Positions 1 through 7,860 are shown, counted from the first letter of the stretch. The stretch is 22,386 nt of DNA from Candidatus Krumholzibacteriota bacterium (GCA_039714075.1 JBDLKA010000058.1:1-22386); one strand, 5' to 3'. Made by a program: numbers and translations. Notes: generated from the sequence alone by a model not told the origin.

Positions 1-1
1 G

Positions 2-2188
2 GCCGGCATGGCCGATGATATCACCGGTCATCTTCGCGCCGACGACCCGAACATCGTTCTTTATGATTCCCTGGCGACCTGGAGTGATATCGGTCCGCTG
101 GACGATGTTGCCGGCAGTACGGTCTATTCCCTTTCGGTCACCAATATCCTGGGAATAGTGGAAAGCCGTTTCGACTTCGTGGATAACCATGGCCGGGTGT
201 TCAGCCACTATTTCAGCCCCTGGCGCCCAACGGCCCCATTGAACATCACCACGGACACTTCCCTGGGGTCCGATATCATCGCCCTGAGGTGGGACCCCTC
301 CACCTCTCCCAAACGGTACGGCTACAACATCTACCGGAGCCTCAGCGATTTGGGTCCCTTCCAGAGGGTGAACCAGGACGTCGTCGCGGGAACGTCCTAT
401 TTCATGGATACCGGCCTGGACCAGTTGACCCGCTATTACTACAAGGTGGCAACCGTCGATTCCTCCCGGGTGCTGAGCGTGATGTCGGCCGTGGTGGCCC
501 AATCCACCGCTCCGGCGGAACGGGAGGGTTTCCCGGTTCCAATTTCCAGTGAAACCAGCGGCCACCTGGCTGTTGGTGATGTCGACGGCGACGGCGATCA
601 GGAAATCGTTCTGGGCAACGACCAGGTCTACGTTTTCCACCACAACGGCATGGAACTTCTGGACGGGGACGCGGACTCCCAGACCCTGGGCGTCTTCACG
701 AACTATCCCGCCGGTCACGTTTTCAATCCCGCTGGCATCACCCTGGGCCATCTGGACGACGTTCCCGGCCTGGAAATGATTGTTTCGGAACAAACCCCCG
801 TACAGCAGATCCACGTCTTCACCAGGGACGGCTCCGAACTTGCAGGCTGGCCCCAGACTTTGACTTCCAACCAGGTGGGTTCCAAATGGAACTGGGCCGC
901 CCCGGCAGTGGGCGACATTGACGGGGATGGCGAACCCGAAGTCGTGGTCAACACCCTCAACGGTGTGGTTTTCGCCTGGCACGCCGACGGGACCGAAGTC
1001 AGGGACGGTGACGGCGATCCCGGTACCATCGGTCCGTTCTACGTCCGCTCCGGCGCCCAGTACGAGTGGTCGCGCAGTGGTCCGGCTTTGTACGATCTCG
1101 ATGGTGACGGCGCGAAGGAAATCATTTTCGGCACCAGGAACGACGATTCGGGCCTCAAGCGCCTGATGGCCATCAAATATGACGGCACCGATGCACCCGG
1201 GTTCCCCTACAACGTCGTGGCCGGCGTCTCGGTGGATCCGTGCATCGGCGATCTGGACGGCAACGGGCAGGTGGAGATCATCATCCAGGATAATGCCCGC
1301 TATCTGTACGCGGTCCAGCAGGACGGGACCAACTATCCCGGTTTCCCTGTCTATATGGGCTACGCAGCCCTTCACAACTGGGTCAGCAGCCCCGCCCTCG
1401 GGAACATGGATGCGGACCCTGACCTCGAAATCATCTATGCGCCCAACCAGTCGGGTCTTGTCAGCCGGATCGTCGTGGTCGATACCGATTACTCCGGCGG
1501 CACTTCCGGTCAGGAACTACCGGGCTGGCCGGTGACCCTGCCCGGCAGTTCGGAAGGCAGTCCGGTCGTCGGCGATATTGACGGCGATTCGGTTCCGGAA
1601 ATCGTGCACGGCATCGGTGGCGGCGATGTGAGCGCCCCCTACAACCTGTACGCCTATCATGCGACCGGCGACCTGGTGGACGGTTTCCCGATCACCCTGG
1701 ATGGTCCCCTGATGCCCTCGTCCGTCATCACGGATATCGACGCGGATTCTGACGTGGATATCGTTTACGGCGGCTGGGATTTCCTGATCCACGTCTGGGA
1801 CATGCCGTTTGCCTACGATCGTCATGATGTTCCCTGGCCGACGTTCGGGGCAGCAGCCGGCGCGACGGGGTTCTGGTCCCCATGGCCGCCGTACCGGTGG
1901 AAAACCCGGAGGATTTGCCGGCGGCGGGGTTCACCGTCGGTTCCGTGTATCCCAATCCCTTCAACCCTTCGACTTCGGTCCGGTTGTACATTCCCCGGTC
2001 TTCGGAGCTCGATCTGGCTGTCTACGACGTCCAGGGACGCAAGATCCGGAACCTGTACACGGGCGGGATTGCCTCCGGTTGGCACACCCTGGTCTGGGAC
2101 GGACAGGATGATGACGGCCGCACCCAGGCCAGCGGCATGTATTTCCTGCGGGCGAAGAACGCGGGCGAGGTCACCGTCCAGAAGATGA
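2..2188 (+). CDS. Large secreted/surface protein, 5'-partial: fibronectin type III domain plus eight FG-GAP/VCBS-type Ca2+-binding repeats (beta-propeller). Credible coding in this frame ends at ~1850 (frameshift).
   Basis: The frame is open from base 2, so the gene probably starts upstream of the window. FN3 signature (ALRWDPS...YGYNIYRS...YFMDTGL...YYYKVATVD). Eight GDxDGDG..EI(V/I)-type repeats with G(F/W)P spacers. After WPTFG (~1850) the translation becomes Arg/Pro/Ser-rich and looks non-coding. Confidence 0.85.
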   Translation, partial: AGMADDITGHLRADDPNIVLYDSLATWSDIGPLDDVAGSTVYSLSVTNILGIVESRFDFVDNHGRVFSHYFSPWRPTAPLNITTDTSLGSDIIALRWDPSTSPKRYGYNIYRSLSDLGPFQRVNQDVVAGTSYFMDTGLDQLTRYYYKVATVDSSRVLSVMSAVVAQSTAPAEREGFPVPISSETSGHLAVGDVDGDGDQEIVLGNDQVYVFHHNGMELLDGDADSQTLGVFTNYPAGHVFNPAGITLGHLDDVPGLEMIVSEQTPVQQIHVFTRDGSELAGWPQTLTSNQVGSKWNWAAPAVGDIDGDGEPEVVVNTLNGVVFAWHADGTEVRDGDGDPGTIGPFYVRSGAQYEWSRSGPALYDLDGDGAKEIIFGTRNDDSGLKRLMAIKYDGTDAPGFPYNVVAGVSVDPCIGDLDGNGQVEIIIQDNARYLYAVQQDGTNYPGFPVYMGYAALHNWVSSPALGNMDADPDLEIIYAPNQSGLVSRIVVVDTDYSGGTSGQELPGWPVTLPGSSEGSPVVGDIDGDSVPEIVHGIGGGDVSAPYNLYAYHATGDLVDGFPITLDGPLMPSSVITDIDADSDVDIVYGGWDFLIHVWDMPFAYDRHDVPWPTFGAAAGATGFWSPWPPYRWKTRRICRRRGSPSVPCIPIPSTLRLRSGCTFPGLRSSIWLSTTSRDARSGTCTRAGLPPVGTPWSGTDRMMTAAPRPAACISCGRRTRARSPSRR
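575..1766 (+). repeat. Eight protein-level FG-GAP-like repeats
   Basis: GDVDGDGDQEIV, GHLDDVPGLEMIV, GDIDGDGEPEVV, YDLDGDGAKEII, GDLDGNGQVEII, GNMDADPDLEII, GDIDGDSVPEIV, TDIDADSDVDIV. Confidence 0.85.
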
Positions 2189-2202
2189 CCCTGGTCAAGT
2201 AG
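1882..2202 (+). CDS. FlgD-Ig-like / T9SS type A sorting-like C-terminal domain; most likely the true C-terminus of the upstream FG-GAP protein, separated by a frameshift
   Basis: YPNPFNPSTSVRLY...LAVYDVQGRKIRNL...WDGQDDDG...ASGMYFLR...QKMTLVK*. This frame reads GSSRRDG from 1849, completing the usual WPTFxGxxRRxG motif. Confidence 0.85.
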   Translation: MAAVPVENPEDLPAAGFTVGSVYPNPFNPSTSVRLYIPRSSELDLAVYDVQGRKIRNLYTGGIASGWHTLVWDGQDDDGRTQASGMYFLRAKNAGEVTVQKMTLVK

Positions 2203-2237
2203 GGTGATTGACGCGCCCCGCGGGCGTGGTTATCCTC

Positions 2238-2272
2238 AGGCGCAGCTCCGGTGGGGCTGCGCCTTTCCTTTT
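2238..2272 (+). terminator. Rho-independent terminator
   Basis: Stem AGGCGCAGCTCC / GGGGCTGCGCCT (one G-U pair) with loop GGT, followed by TTCCTTTT, 36 nt after the stop at 2202. Confidence 0.75.
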
Positions 2273-2328
2273 ACGACTCCGGTTGATCGTTTTCTCCCGG
2301 CTGCCGATCGGAAACCAAAGGGCACATA

Positions 2329-4020
2329 GTGACCGCACGGAAATCTTTCAGATGCTGCGGATTGGTCCGGACCCCGGTGCGGGTCCGTACCTGCCTGTGG
2401 TTGCTGGGGCATGTCCTGCTGGTGCTGTCAGCTTTGGGGTTGGCGGGGTGCGGACCTGATGACAAGGAGACCGAGACGGGAACGCCGGCGACGGACCTGG
2501 CACCTGTTCCCGGGGGCACGGCCGTGGTGGCCCTTGACATGGATCCCGAAGTCCTGAATCCCCTGATCTATTCTTCATCCACCGCGGGCCTGGTTTACTC
2601 CGAACTGCACGACGGCTTGACCGAGATGGGGGATGATCTCCTTCATTATCCCCGTATCGCTACGGGTTGGGAGGTGGCCCCGGACAGCCTGTCGGTCACC
2701 TATCATCTGCGGCCCTGGCGCTGGTCCGATGGCGTGCCCCTGACGGCGTTCGACGTGGTGACGTCATTCGGTCTCTACAAGGATCCGGTCGTGGCCAGTC
2801 CGCGCCGGGGCAAATACCGCGATGTCCGGGCCGCGGTGGCCTTGGATTCCGCCACGGTCAGGTACGAACTGTCACGGCCCCTGCCTGATCTGCTGCGGCG
2901 AACATGGCATCATATCCTGCCCGGTCATCTGGTCGGTCACCTGGACCCGGCCGAAATCCGCAAATGGGAATTGAACCACCGGCCTCTTTCCTCGGGAGAA
3001 TTTCTGCTGGAAGACTGGGCCCACAATCGTTCCCTGTCGATGGTTCGCAACCCCGCCTACCCGGGCAGGGCGGCCCTGCTGGACCGGGTGGTCTTTCGGA
3101 TCCTTCCGGAGCAGAACGCGCGGCTGGTGGCCCTGGAAACCGGGGAAGTCGACTTTGTGGACAATATTCCTCCGGACGCCGTCCGCATCCTGGAACAAAC
3201 GGGCCGGGTGCGGATCGCCGCGACTGGTGGGCGGCGGTTCTATTATCTGCAATGGAATTTTACCAACCCCCTGTTCGCCTCGGCGCAGGTGCGCAAGGCC
3301 CTGTCCCTGGCCATCGACCGGAACCGGATGATTGAAACCCTTCTGCTGGGATACGGCCGGCCCGCCATCGGTCCTATTCCTCCGGCGCTCTGGAATCATC
3401 ACCGGGACATGAAACCCGATCCCTACGATCCCGCCCAGGCCCGCCGGTTGCTGGCGGATGCCGGGTGGGAGGATACCGACGGGGACGGCGTTCTGGACAG
3501 GGATGGAACGCCTTTCCGTTTCGAGATTCTTACCAAGCAGGGGGATCCCGTGCGGGAAAGCGGGTCGGTAATATTGCGGGAGAACCTCCGGGAAGTAGGG
3601 GTGGAGGTAACGATTCTGGCCATGGAACTCGCCGCGGGCCTGGACCGACTGCGGGCTGGACGATTCGACACCTACTTCGGCCGGTTGAACGCGAACCTCT
3701 ATGGTGACCCGTCCGCAGTAATCAAATCCACGGCAGTCGAGGAATTCAACAACGGCCGTTTTGCCAATCCGCTGGTGGATTCGCTCCTGACGGTTGCTCT
3801 GCGTATCCCGGATCGTGGGGATGCCCTGCCGCTGTGGCTGGAAATCCAGGAAACGCTTGCGCAGGACCCTCCGGCCGCCTATCTCTTCTACCCGGAAAAC
3901 CTGATCGGAATCGGGGAGAGGCTGCGGGATGTGCGCCCCCATCTCCTGTCTCCGGTCAACAACCTGGCCGAATGGTGGATTGCTCCTTCCGACAGGAAAT
4001 ACAAGACCGATTCCCGGTAA
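2329..4020 (+). CDS. ABC transporter substrate-binding lipoprotein, family 5 (OppA/DppA/AppA-like)
   Basis: Hydrophobic signal with lipobox LAG-C. Family 5 motifs: DPEVLNP, LRP..WSDGVPLTAFDV, PLSSGEF, LETGEVD, VRKALSLAIDR, YDPAQARRLLADAGW.DTDGDG. The start codon (GTG 2329) is uncertain. Confidence 0.92.
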   Translation: MTARKSFRCCGLVRTPVRVRTCLWLLGHVLLVLSALGLAGCGPDDKETETGTPATDLAPVPGGTAVVALDMDPEVLNPLIYSSSTAGLVYSELHDGLTEMGDDLLHYPRIATGWEVAPDSLSVTYHLRPWRWSDGVPLTAFDVVTSFGLYKDPVVASPRRGKYRDVRAAVALDSATVRYELSRPLPDLLRRTWHHILPGHLVGHLDPAEIRKWELNHRPLSSGEFLLEDWAHNRSLSMVRNPAYPGRAALLDRVVFRILPEQNARLVALETGEVDFVDNIPPDAVRILEQTGRVRIAATGGRRFYYLQWNFTNPLFASAQVRKALSLAIDRNRMIETLLLGYGRPAIGPIPPALWNHHRDMKPDPYDPAQARRLLADAGWEDTDGDGVLDRDGTPFRFEILTKQGDPVRESGSVILRENLREVGVEVTILAMELAAGLDRLRAGRFDTYFGRLNANLYGDPSAVIKSTAVEEFNNGRFANPLVDSLLTVALRIPDRGDALPLWLEIQETLAQDPPAAYLFYPENLIGIGERLRDVRPHLLSPVNNLAEWWIAPSDRKYKTDSR

Positions 4021-4041
4021 CATCCGACTTTGTCCAGGGTG

Positions 4042-4070
4042 TTGTCTAATCTTCACTTGTTACATAAATT
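4042..4070 (+). promoter_or_regulatory. Putative sigma70-type promoter
   Basis: TTGTCT (4042-4047), 17 nt, TAAATT (4065-4070) in an AT-rich intergenic gap. Confidence 0.5.
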
Positions 4071-4078
4071 TAAGTGAC

Positions 4079-5746
4079 ATGAAGCAGGTAACCGTAAATA
4101 TCACCAAAGGGACCGCGGCGGCATGCTGGAGCACGGTCGGGGCGCTCTTCTGCGTATCCCTTCTTTTGCTCCAGGTTTTTGCCGGTTGTTCCAGCAGCAC
4201 TGATCCTGAAGAAGGTGATAAGCCGGCGCCGACAATCGATTTTTTCCCCGTCGGCAAGGGCCAGTCCCTGAAACTCGATGAGACCATGGATTTTGCCGTC
4301 TCCAAAACCGGGGACGGCGTTTTGTCCGTGAATTGGTACCGGGGGGGACTCCCGGTCAGCCAGGATACATCCTACACCTATGTCCCCGAACAGGTGGGTC
4401 GCGACACTCTCCGGGTCGGTGCTTTGGTCGGGGCGGTCCGCGACACCTATTACTGGGTGCTTACCGTCGAGGAGGAAGCATCGGTCGTTCCCCCGGAGGT
4501 CGAAGGGATCCGGGTGCTTCCGGGTCCCGATCCCGCCGACGTCGAACTCTGGTGGACCCGGGTTACCGACGCCAACTTCCCGCTGGTTGAATACCTGGTG
4601 GCCATCAGTTACACCGGGCCCATCACGGAAGCCAACTGGGATCAGGCGACGATTCTGGACCGAATCGTGCCGGTCCCGGACCAGATCTTCTACACTCAAA
4701 TCTACACCGAGGCCCAGGACGGAATGAGGCCGGGAGAAACTGCCTGGTTCGCAGTGCGTGTCGTCGATGACAAGCAGCAGTTGTCGCCTCTTACGAGCAG
4801 CTTCCTGCATGATATTACCTGGCCCTGGTATCTGGGCGGGTATGTTTATGACGACGTCGGCCTGCCCTTGCTGGGCGTCATCCTCGACTCCAGCGAGGGT
4901 GGCTACTCTTCCAATACCGATGCCGACGGGTATTTTCTTTTCGACCAACCATTCCGGAATATCGACGCGATTCGGATCGGGACCAATTCGCCGTCCTGGT
5001 ACAATTTCGTGACGGATCCCATTTCGGTGGACCAGGACACGACGTTTACGGATATTACCCTGATCACCCGGTACGTTCTGGATGAAACCTGTTACGGAAG
5101 TGATTTTCTCGAGTACCTGAGGGATGTTACCAGGACCAGGGATGCCGGCGGTCCGCCCGACGATTCCAGGTTGATGACCTGGGACCAGTATCCTGTTTCC
5201 GTTTTTATTCCCGCGGGTCTGAACGATGCGGGCATCGACATGGAAGAGTGTTGCCGCCTTGCCATGGCATTCTGGGACTCCACCATGAGTTTCGATGCGG
5301 CGGGGTTGGGCATCACCGAGACGGATTATTTCGTGCGAACAACCGACGAGGCCGCTGCGGATATCGTATTCGTGTTTGATGATCAACCTGCTCTTAAATA
5401 CGGGGAGACAAGTTTGCTTCTTCCGGATGGCTTGGACGACCATCTGGGCTCTGCTTTCCCGGAAAAAATGCAAATATATATCAATACCACAGACGCCCTA
5501 TGGAATTCGTCCCTCATCCAGGGTGTGGCTCTGCATGAGTTTGGACATTCCCTGGGGATTTATTCGCATCCCATTCAGTGTACCAATACGGATTACCTCA
5601 TGTTGTTGTCCCCAGGCGGTCTCGGAGCCATGGACAGGGCAGATCCTGTCCATCTTGACGAACGCCGCGCAGTGCGAACAATTCGAAACCTACCCTTGGG
5701 TGTCCAGATGTCTGATTTCACCGCGGGGTTGATCCAATTCAGATAA
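4079..5746 (+). CDS. Multi-domain lipoprotein with a C-terminal metzincin/matrixin-like zinc metalloprotease domain (555 aa)
   Basis: ATG 4079 followed by a signal peptide and lipobox FAG-C. Ig/FN3-like and carboxypeptidase-regulatory-like segments (GYVYDDVGLPLLGV...TDADGYF). HEFGHSLGIYSH zinc motif at 5534-5569 and a downstream Met-turn-like YLM. The ORF-track start at 3929 overlaps the upstream gene and is unlikely. Confidence 0.8.
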   Translation: MKQVTVNITKGTAAACWSTVGALFCVSLLLLQVFAGCSSSTDPEEGDKPAPTIDFFPVGKGQSLKLDETMDFAVSKTGDGVLSVNWYRGGLPVSQDTSYTYVPEQVGRDTLRVGALVGAVRDTYYWVLTVEEEASVVPPEVEGIRVLPGPDPADVELWWTRVTDANFPLVEYLVAISYTGPITEANWDQATILDRIVPVPDQIFYTQIYTEAQDGMRPGETAWFAVRVVDDKQQLSPLTSSFLHDITWPWYLGGYVYDDVGLPLLGVILDSSEGGYSSNTDADGYFLFDQPFRNIDAIRIGTNSPSWYNFVTDPISVDQDTTFTDITLITRYVLDETCYGSDFLEYLRDVTRTRDAGGPPDDSRLMTWDQYPVSVFIPAGLNDAGIDMEECCRLAMAFWDSTMSFDAAGLGITETDYFVRTTDEAAADIVFVFDDQPALKYGETSLLLPDGLDDHLGSAFPEKMQIYINTTDALWNSSLIQGVALHEFGHSLGIYSHPIQCTNTDYLMLLSPGGLGAMDRADPVHLDERRAVRTIRNLPLGVQMSDFTAGLIQFR

Positions 5747-5789
5747 CGTCGCATGGGGGCGTGGTAACATCCGCACCCTGCGGCATGAA

Positions 5790-5818
5790 TTGACATGTTT
5801 ATTACTTCAATCTAGGCT
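5790..5818 (+). promoter_or_regulatory. Strong sigma70-type promoter
   Basis: Perfect TTGACA (5790-5795), 17-nt AT-rich spacer, TAGGCT (5813-5818). Confidence 0.7.
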
Positions 5819-5890
5819 GAGGCCAAGTCGAAACGGCCGGGAGGAATCCGGATGTCGGCAGGACCTCATTGCTTGCCACGGGAGGCGATC

Positions 5891-6385
5891 ATGCCACGGA
5901 ACAAGTCATCCCTTCTTAATGATCTCAGCACGTCGGATCTGAAGCGTCTTTTGGCCGCCCGGGAACGGATCGATGTCCTGGAAACGGAAAAGTCCAGATT
6001 GGTGAAGGAGTTGGCCAAGATCGACAGTGAACTTGCGAAGCTCATGCGCGGTGCTTCCGCCAAGAGCGCGGGTGTCCGGAAAAAAGTGACCAAAAAGAAG
6101 GCGGCCGGGAAAAAGACGGGCAAGAAGAAGGTGGCCAGGAAGAAGGTGGCCAAGAAGGTTGCCGCCGGCTCCGCGGGCGCGGCGAAAATGAAACTCGAAG
6201 ATGTCATCGTGGCCGTGATCAGGAAGAAACGTTCCCCGATCGCTTTCCAGGATTTGAAGGCCCGGATCGTCAAAGGCAAGCTGTTCAAGACCAAAAGTGG
6301 GAACTTCGACAATGTCCTGCGCCGGACGCTGTCGACCAGCAGGATGGTCAAGAGGGTGGGAAGGGGCATCTACGACGTGGCCTGA
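5891..6385 (+). CDS. Small basic putative DNA-binding / nucleoid-associated protein (coiled coil + histone H1-like Lys-rich linker + winged-helix-like C-terminus), 164 aa
   Basis: SD GGAGG at 5881 and ATG 5891 (alternative in-frame ATG at 5852). Heptad-like N-terminus; KKVTKKKAAGKKTGKKKVARKKVAKK linker; C-terminal LEDVIVAVI...IAFQDLKARI...NFDNVLRRTL...VKRVGRGIY. Has its own promoter and terminator. Confidence 0.8.
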   Translation: MPRNKSSLLNDLSTSDLKRLLAARERIDVLETEKSRLVKELAKIDSELAKLMRGASAKSAGVRKKVTKKKAAGKKTGKKKVARKKVAKKVAAGSAGAAKMKLEDVIVAVIRKKRSPIAFQDLKARIVKGKLFKTKSGNFDNVLRRTLSTSRMVKRVGRGIYDVA

Positions 6386-6407
6386 AGAAGGCCCGCAACG
6401 ATTCGCC

Positions 6408-6435
6408 AAGCCCCGGCAGCCGCCGGGGCTTTTTT
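6408..6435 (+). terminator. Rho-independent terminator between convergent genes
   Basis: AAGCCCCGGC-AGCC-GCCGGGGCTT followed by TTTT. A second hairpin, CCCCGGG-TCAA-CCCGGGG (6444-6461), overlaps the HIT stop codon. Confidence 0.85.
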
Positions 6436-6450
6436 AATGGAAGCCCCGGG

Positions 6451-6795
6451 TCAACCCGGGGGCCATCCCAGATGCCGGCCCCCGAGGAGGTGCAGGTGCA
6501 GGTGGCCGACCGTCTGACCGCCGTCGGAACCGCTGTTGATGACGAACCGGTACCCCGCCTCGGCGAGACCTTCGCCGGCGGCGATGCCAGCGGCCGTGAG
6601 CATGAGTTCTCCGGCCAGGTCGCTGTCCGGACTTCCCAATTCCGTCAGGCCGGCGATGTGCCGGCGGGGGATCACCAGGATATGGGTGGGCGCCTTGGGG
6701 TCGATGTCGCGGAAGGCCAGGAATTTTTCATCGCTGTACACCTGGTCGCATGGTATTTTGCCGGCGGCGATATCACAGAAAAGACAGGGTTCCAT
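6451..6795 (-). CDS. hinT: Histidine triad (HIT) nucleotide-binding protein, Hint/HinT family (114 aa)
   Basis: MEPCLFCDIAAG..., AFRDIDPKAPTHILVIP, GGQTVGHLHLHLLGGR.LGWPPG. SD-like GGAAGGA precedes ATG 6795. Confidence 0.95.
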   Translation of the reverse strand: MEPCLFCDIAAGKIPCDQVYSDEKFLAFRDIDPKAPTHILVIPRRHIAGLTELGSPDSDLAGELMLTAAGIAAGEGLAEAGYRFVINSGSDGGQTVGHLHLHLLGGRHLGWPPG

Positions 6796-6848
6796 TTTTT
6801 TCCTTCCCGGTGGTTGATAAACGGCCGGACGTCGGTGAGAGTCAGAAA

Positions 6849-6875
6849 AAACTAGCACAGCGGCCATGTCGTCAA
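6849..6875 (-). promoter_or_regulatory. Possible promoter for the HIT gene (extended -10)
   Basis: On the - strand: TTGACG, 15 nt, then TAGTTT preceded by TGc. The spacer is short. Confidence 0.3.
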
Positions 6876-6888
6876 CAAGGAGGGTTTG

Positions 6889-7860
6889 GTGGGCGGGTCC
6901 AGGGATTCAGGAAAACCTCGCGTTCTGGTGGTTGGGTATAACGCCTTCGATATTACCGTCCCCGTACGGGATTTCCCCGCACCGGATCAGAAATGCGAGG
7001 TGTCCCGTCTGATTACCGGAGGCGGCGGACCCGGCGCCACGGCCGCCCTTGCCCTGGCCAGGCTGGGAGCCGAAGTCAAACTCATGACTCCCCTGACCGA
7101 CGATATCTACGGGCAGCTTCAACGCCGGGAGCTTGAGGACGGAGGGGTGGACCTTACCCCGAGTCCGACCATCAACGGCCACCAAAGTCCCCTGGCCGTA
7201 ATCCTGGTGGATGAAGAGCGGCCCCGGCGGACCATCTTCTGGACGCGCGGCGATGTTCCTCATCTCTCCCTGGGTCAAGTTCCCCCGGCAGTACTTGATG
7301 GCATTGATTTGCTCTACGTGGACGGACATGAACCGGAGGTGTCGATCCACCTGGCGCAATTGGCGGCCGCGCGTGGCCTGCCGGTGGTGATGGACGCCGG
7401 ATCGGTACGGGAACGTTCCGCGGAACTGATCGCTTGTTGCACGGATGTGGTCAGCTCCCGCGGATTCGCCCCGGCCCTGACCGGGCGAAAGGCACCCCTG
7501 GAGGCGTTGCAAGCGCTGCGGGGGATGGGCCCCCTATGGGTAGCCATGACCTTCGGGGGCGACGGGAGCATCGGGCTGGATGGGAACAGGATCATCACCA
7601 TGCCCGCCTTCGAGGTTCCGGTCACAGATACGACCGGAGCAGGTGATGCCTTTCATGCCGGGTACGCTTTCGCCCGGGCAAGGGGCGAAGGCCTCGGACC
7701 GTGTCTCGAGTGGGGCAGCGCCGTCGCCGGGCTGAAATGCGGGGACTGGGGCGGGCGCCGGGGGTTGCCGGATCTCACCGCCGTCCTCGATCTGCTGGAA
7801 ACCGGCCGCCGGTGTTCCACTGCCCCGCTGCAGGAATATTTGCCGTCCGCAGGCGACTGA
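6889..7860 (+). CDS. PfkB/ribokinase-family carbohydrate kinase
   Basis: GGGGPGATAALALARLGA and DTTGAGDAFHAG signatures. SD AAGGAGG (6877-6883) before GTG 6889 (TTG 6886 is an alternative). The N-terminal motif resembles the YihV/sulfofructose kinase type, but the substrate cannot be determined from sequence. Confidence 0.92.
   Translation: MGGSRDSGKPRVLVVGYNAFDITVPVRDFPAPDQKCEVSRLITGGGGPGATAALALARLGAEVKLMTPLTDDIYGQLQRRELEDGGVDLTPSPTINGHQSPLAVILVDEERPRRTIFWTRGDVPHLSLGQVPPAVLDGIDLLYVDGHEPEVSIHLAQLAAARGLPVVMDAGSVRERSAELIACCTDVVSSRGFAPALTGRKAPLEALQALRGMGPLWVAMTFGGDGSIGLDGNRIITMPAFEVPVTDTTGAGDAFHAGYAFARARGEGLGPCLEWGSAVAGLKCGDWGGRRGLPDLTAVLDLLETGRRCSTAPLQEYLPSAGD

Noticed and set aside
1851..2188. 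C-terminal ~110 aa of the 726-aa ORF
   Set aside because: Out-of-frame read-through after the frameshift; the overlapping frame encodes a clear domain.
2208..2459. 83-aa ORF between the surface protein and the SBP
   Set aside because: It runs through a terminator hairpin, overlaps the SBP start and has no motif.
6076..6160. AAGAAGGTGGCC-type DNA repeats
   Set aside because: They simply encode the KKVA protein repeats of the Lys-rich linker and are not an independent DNA element.
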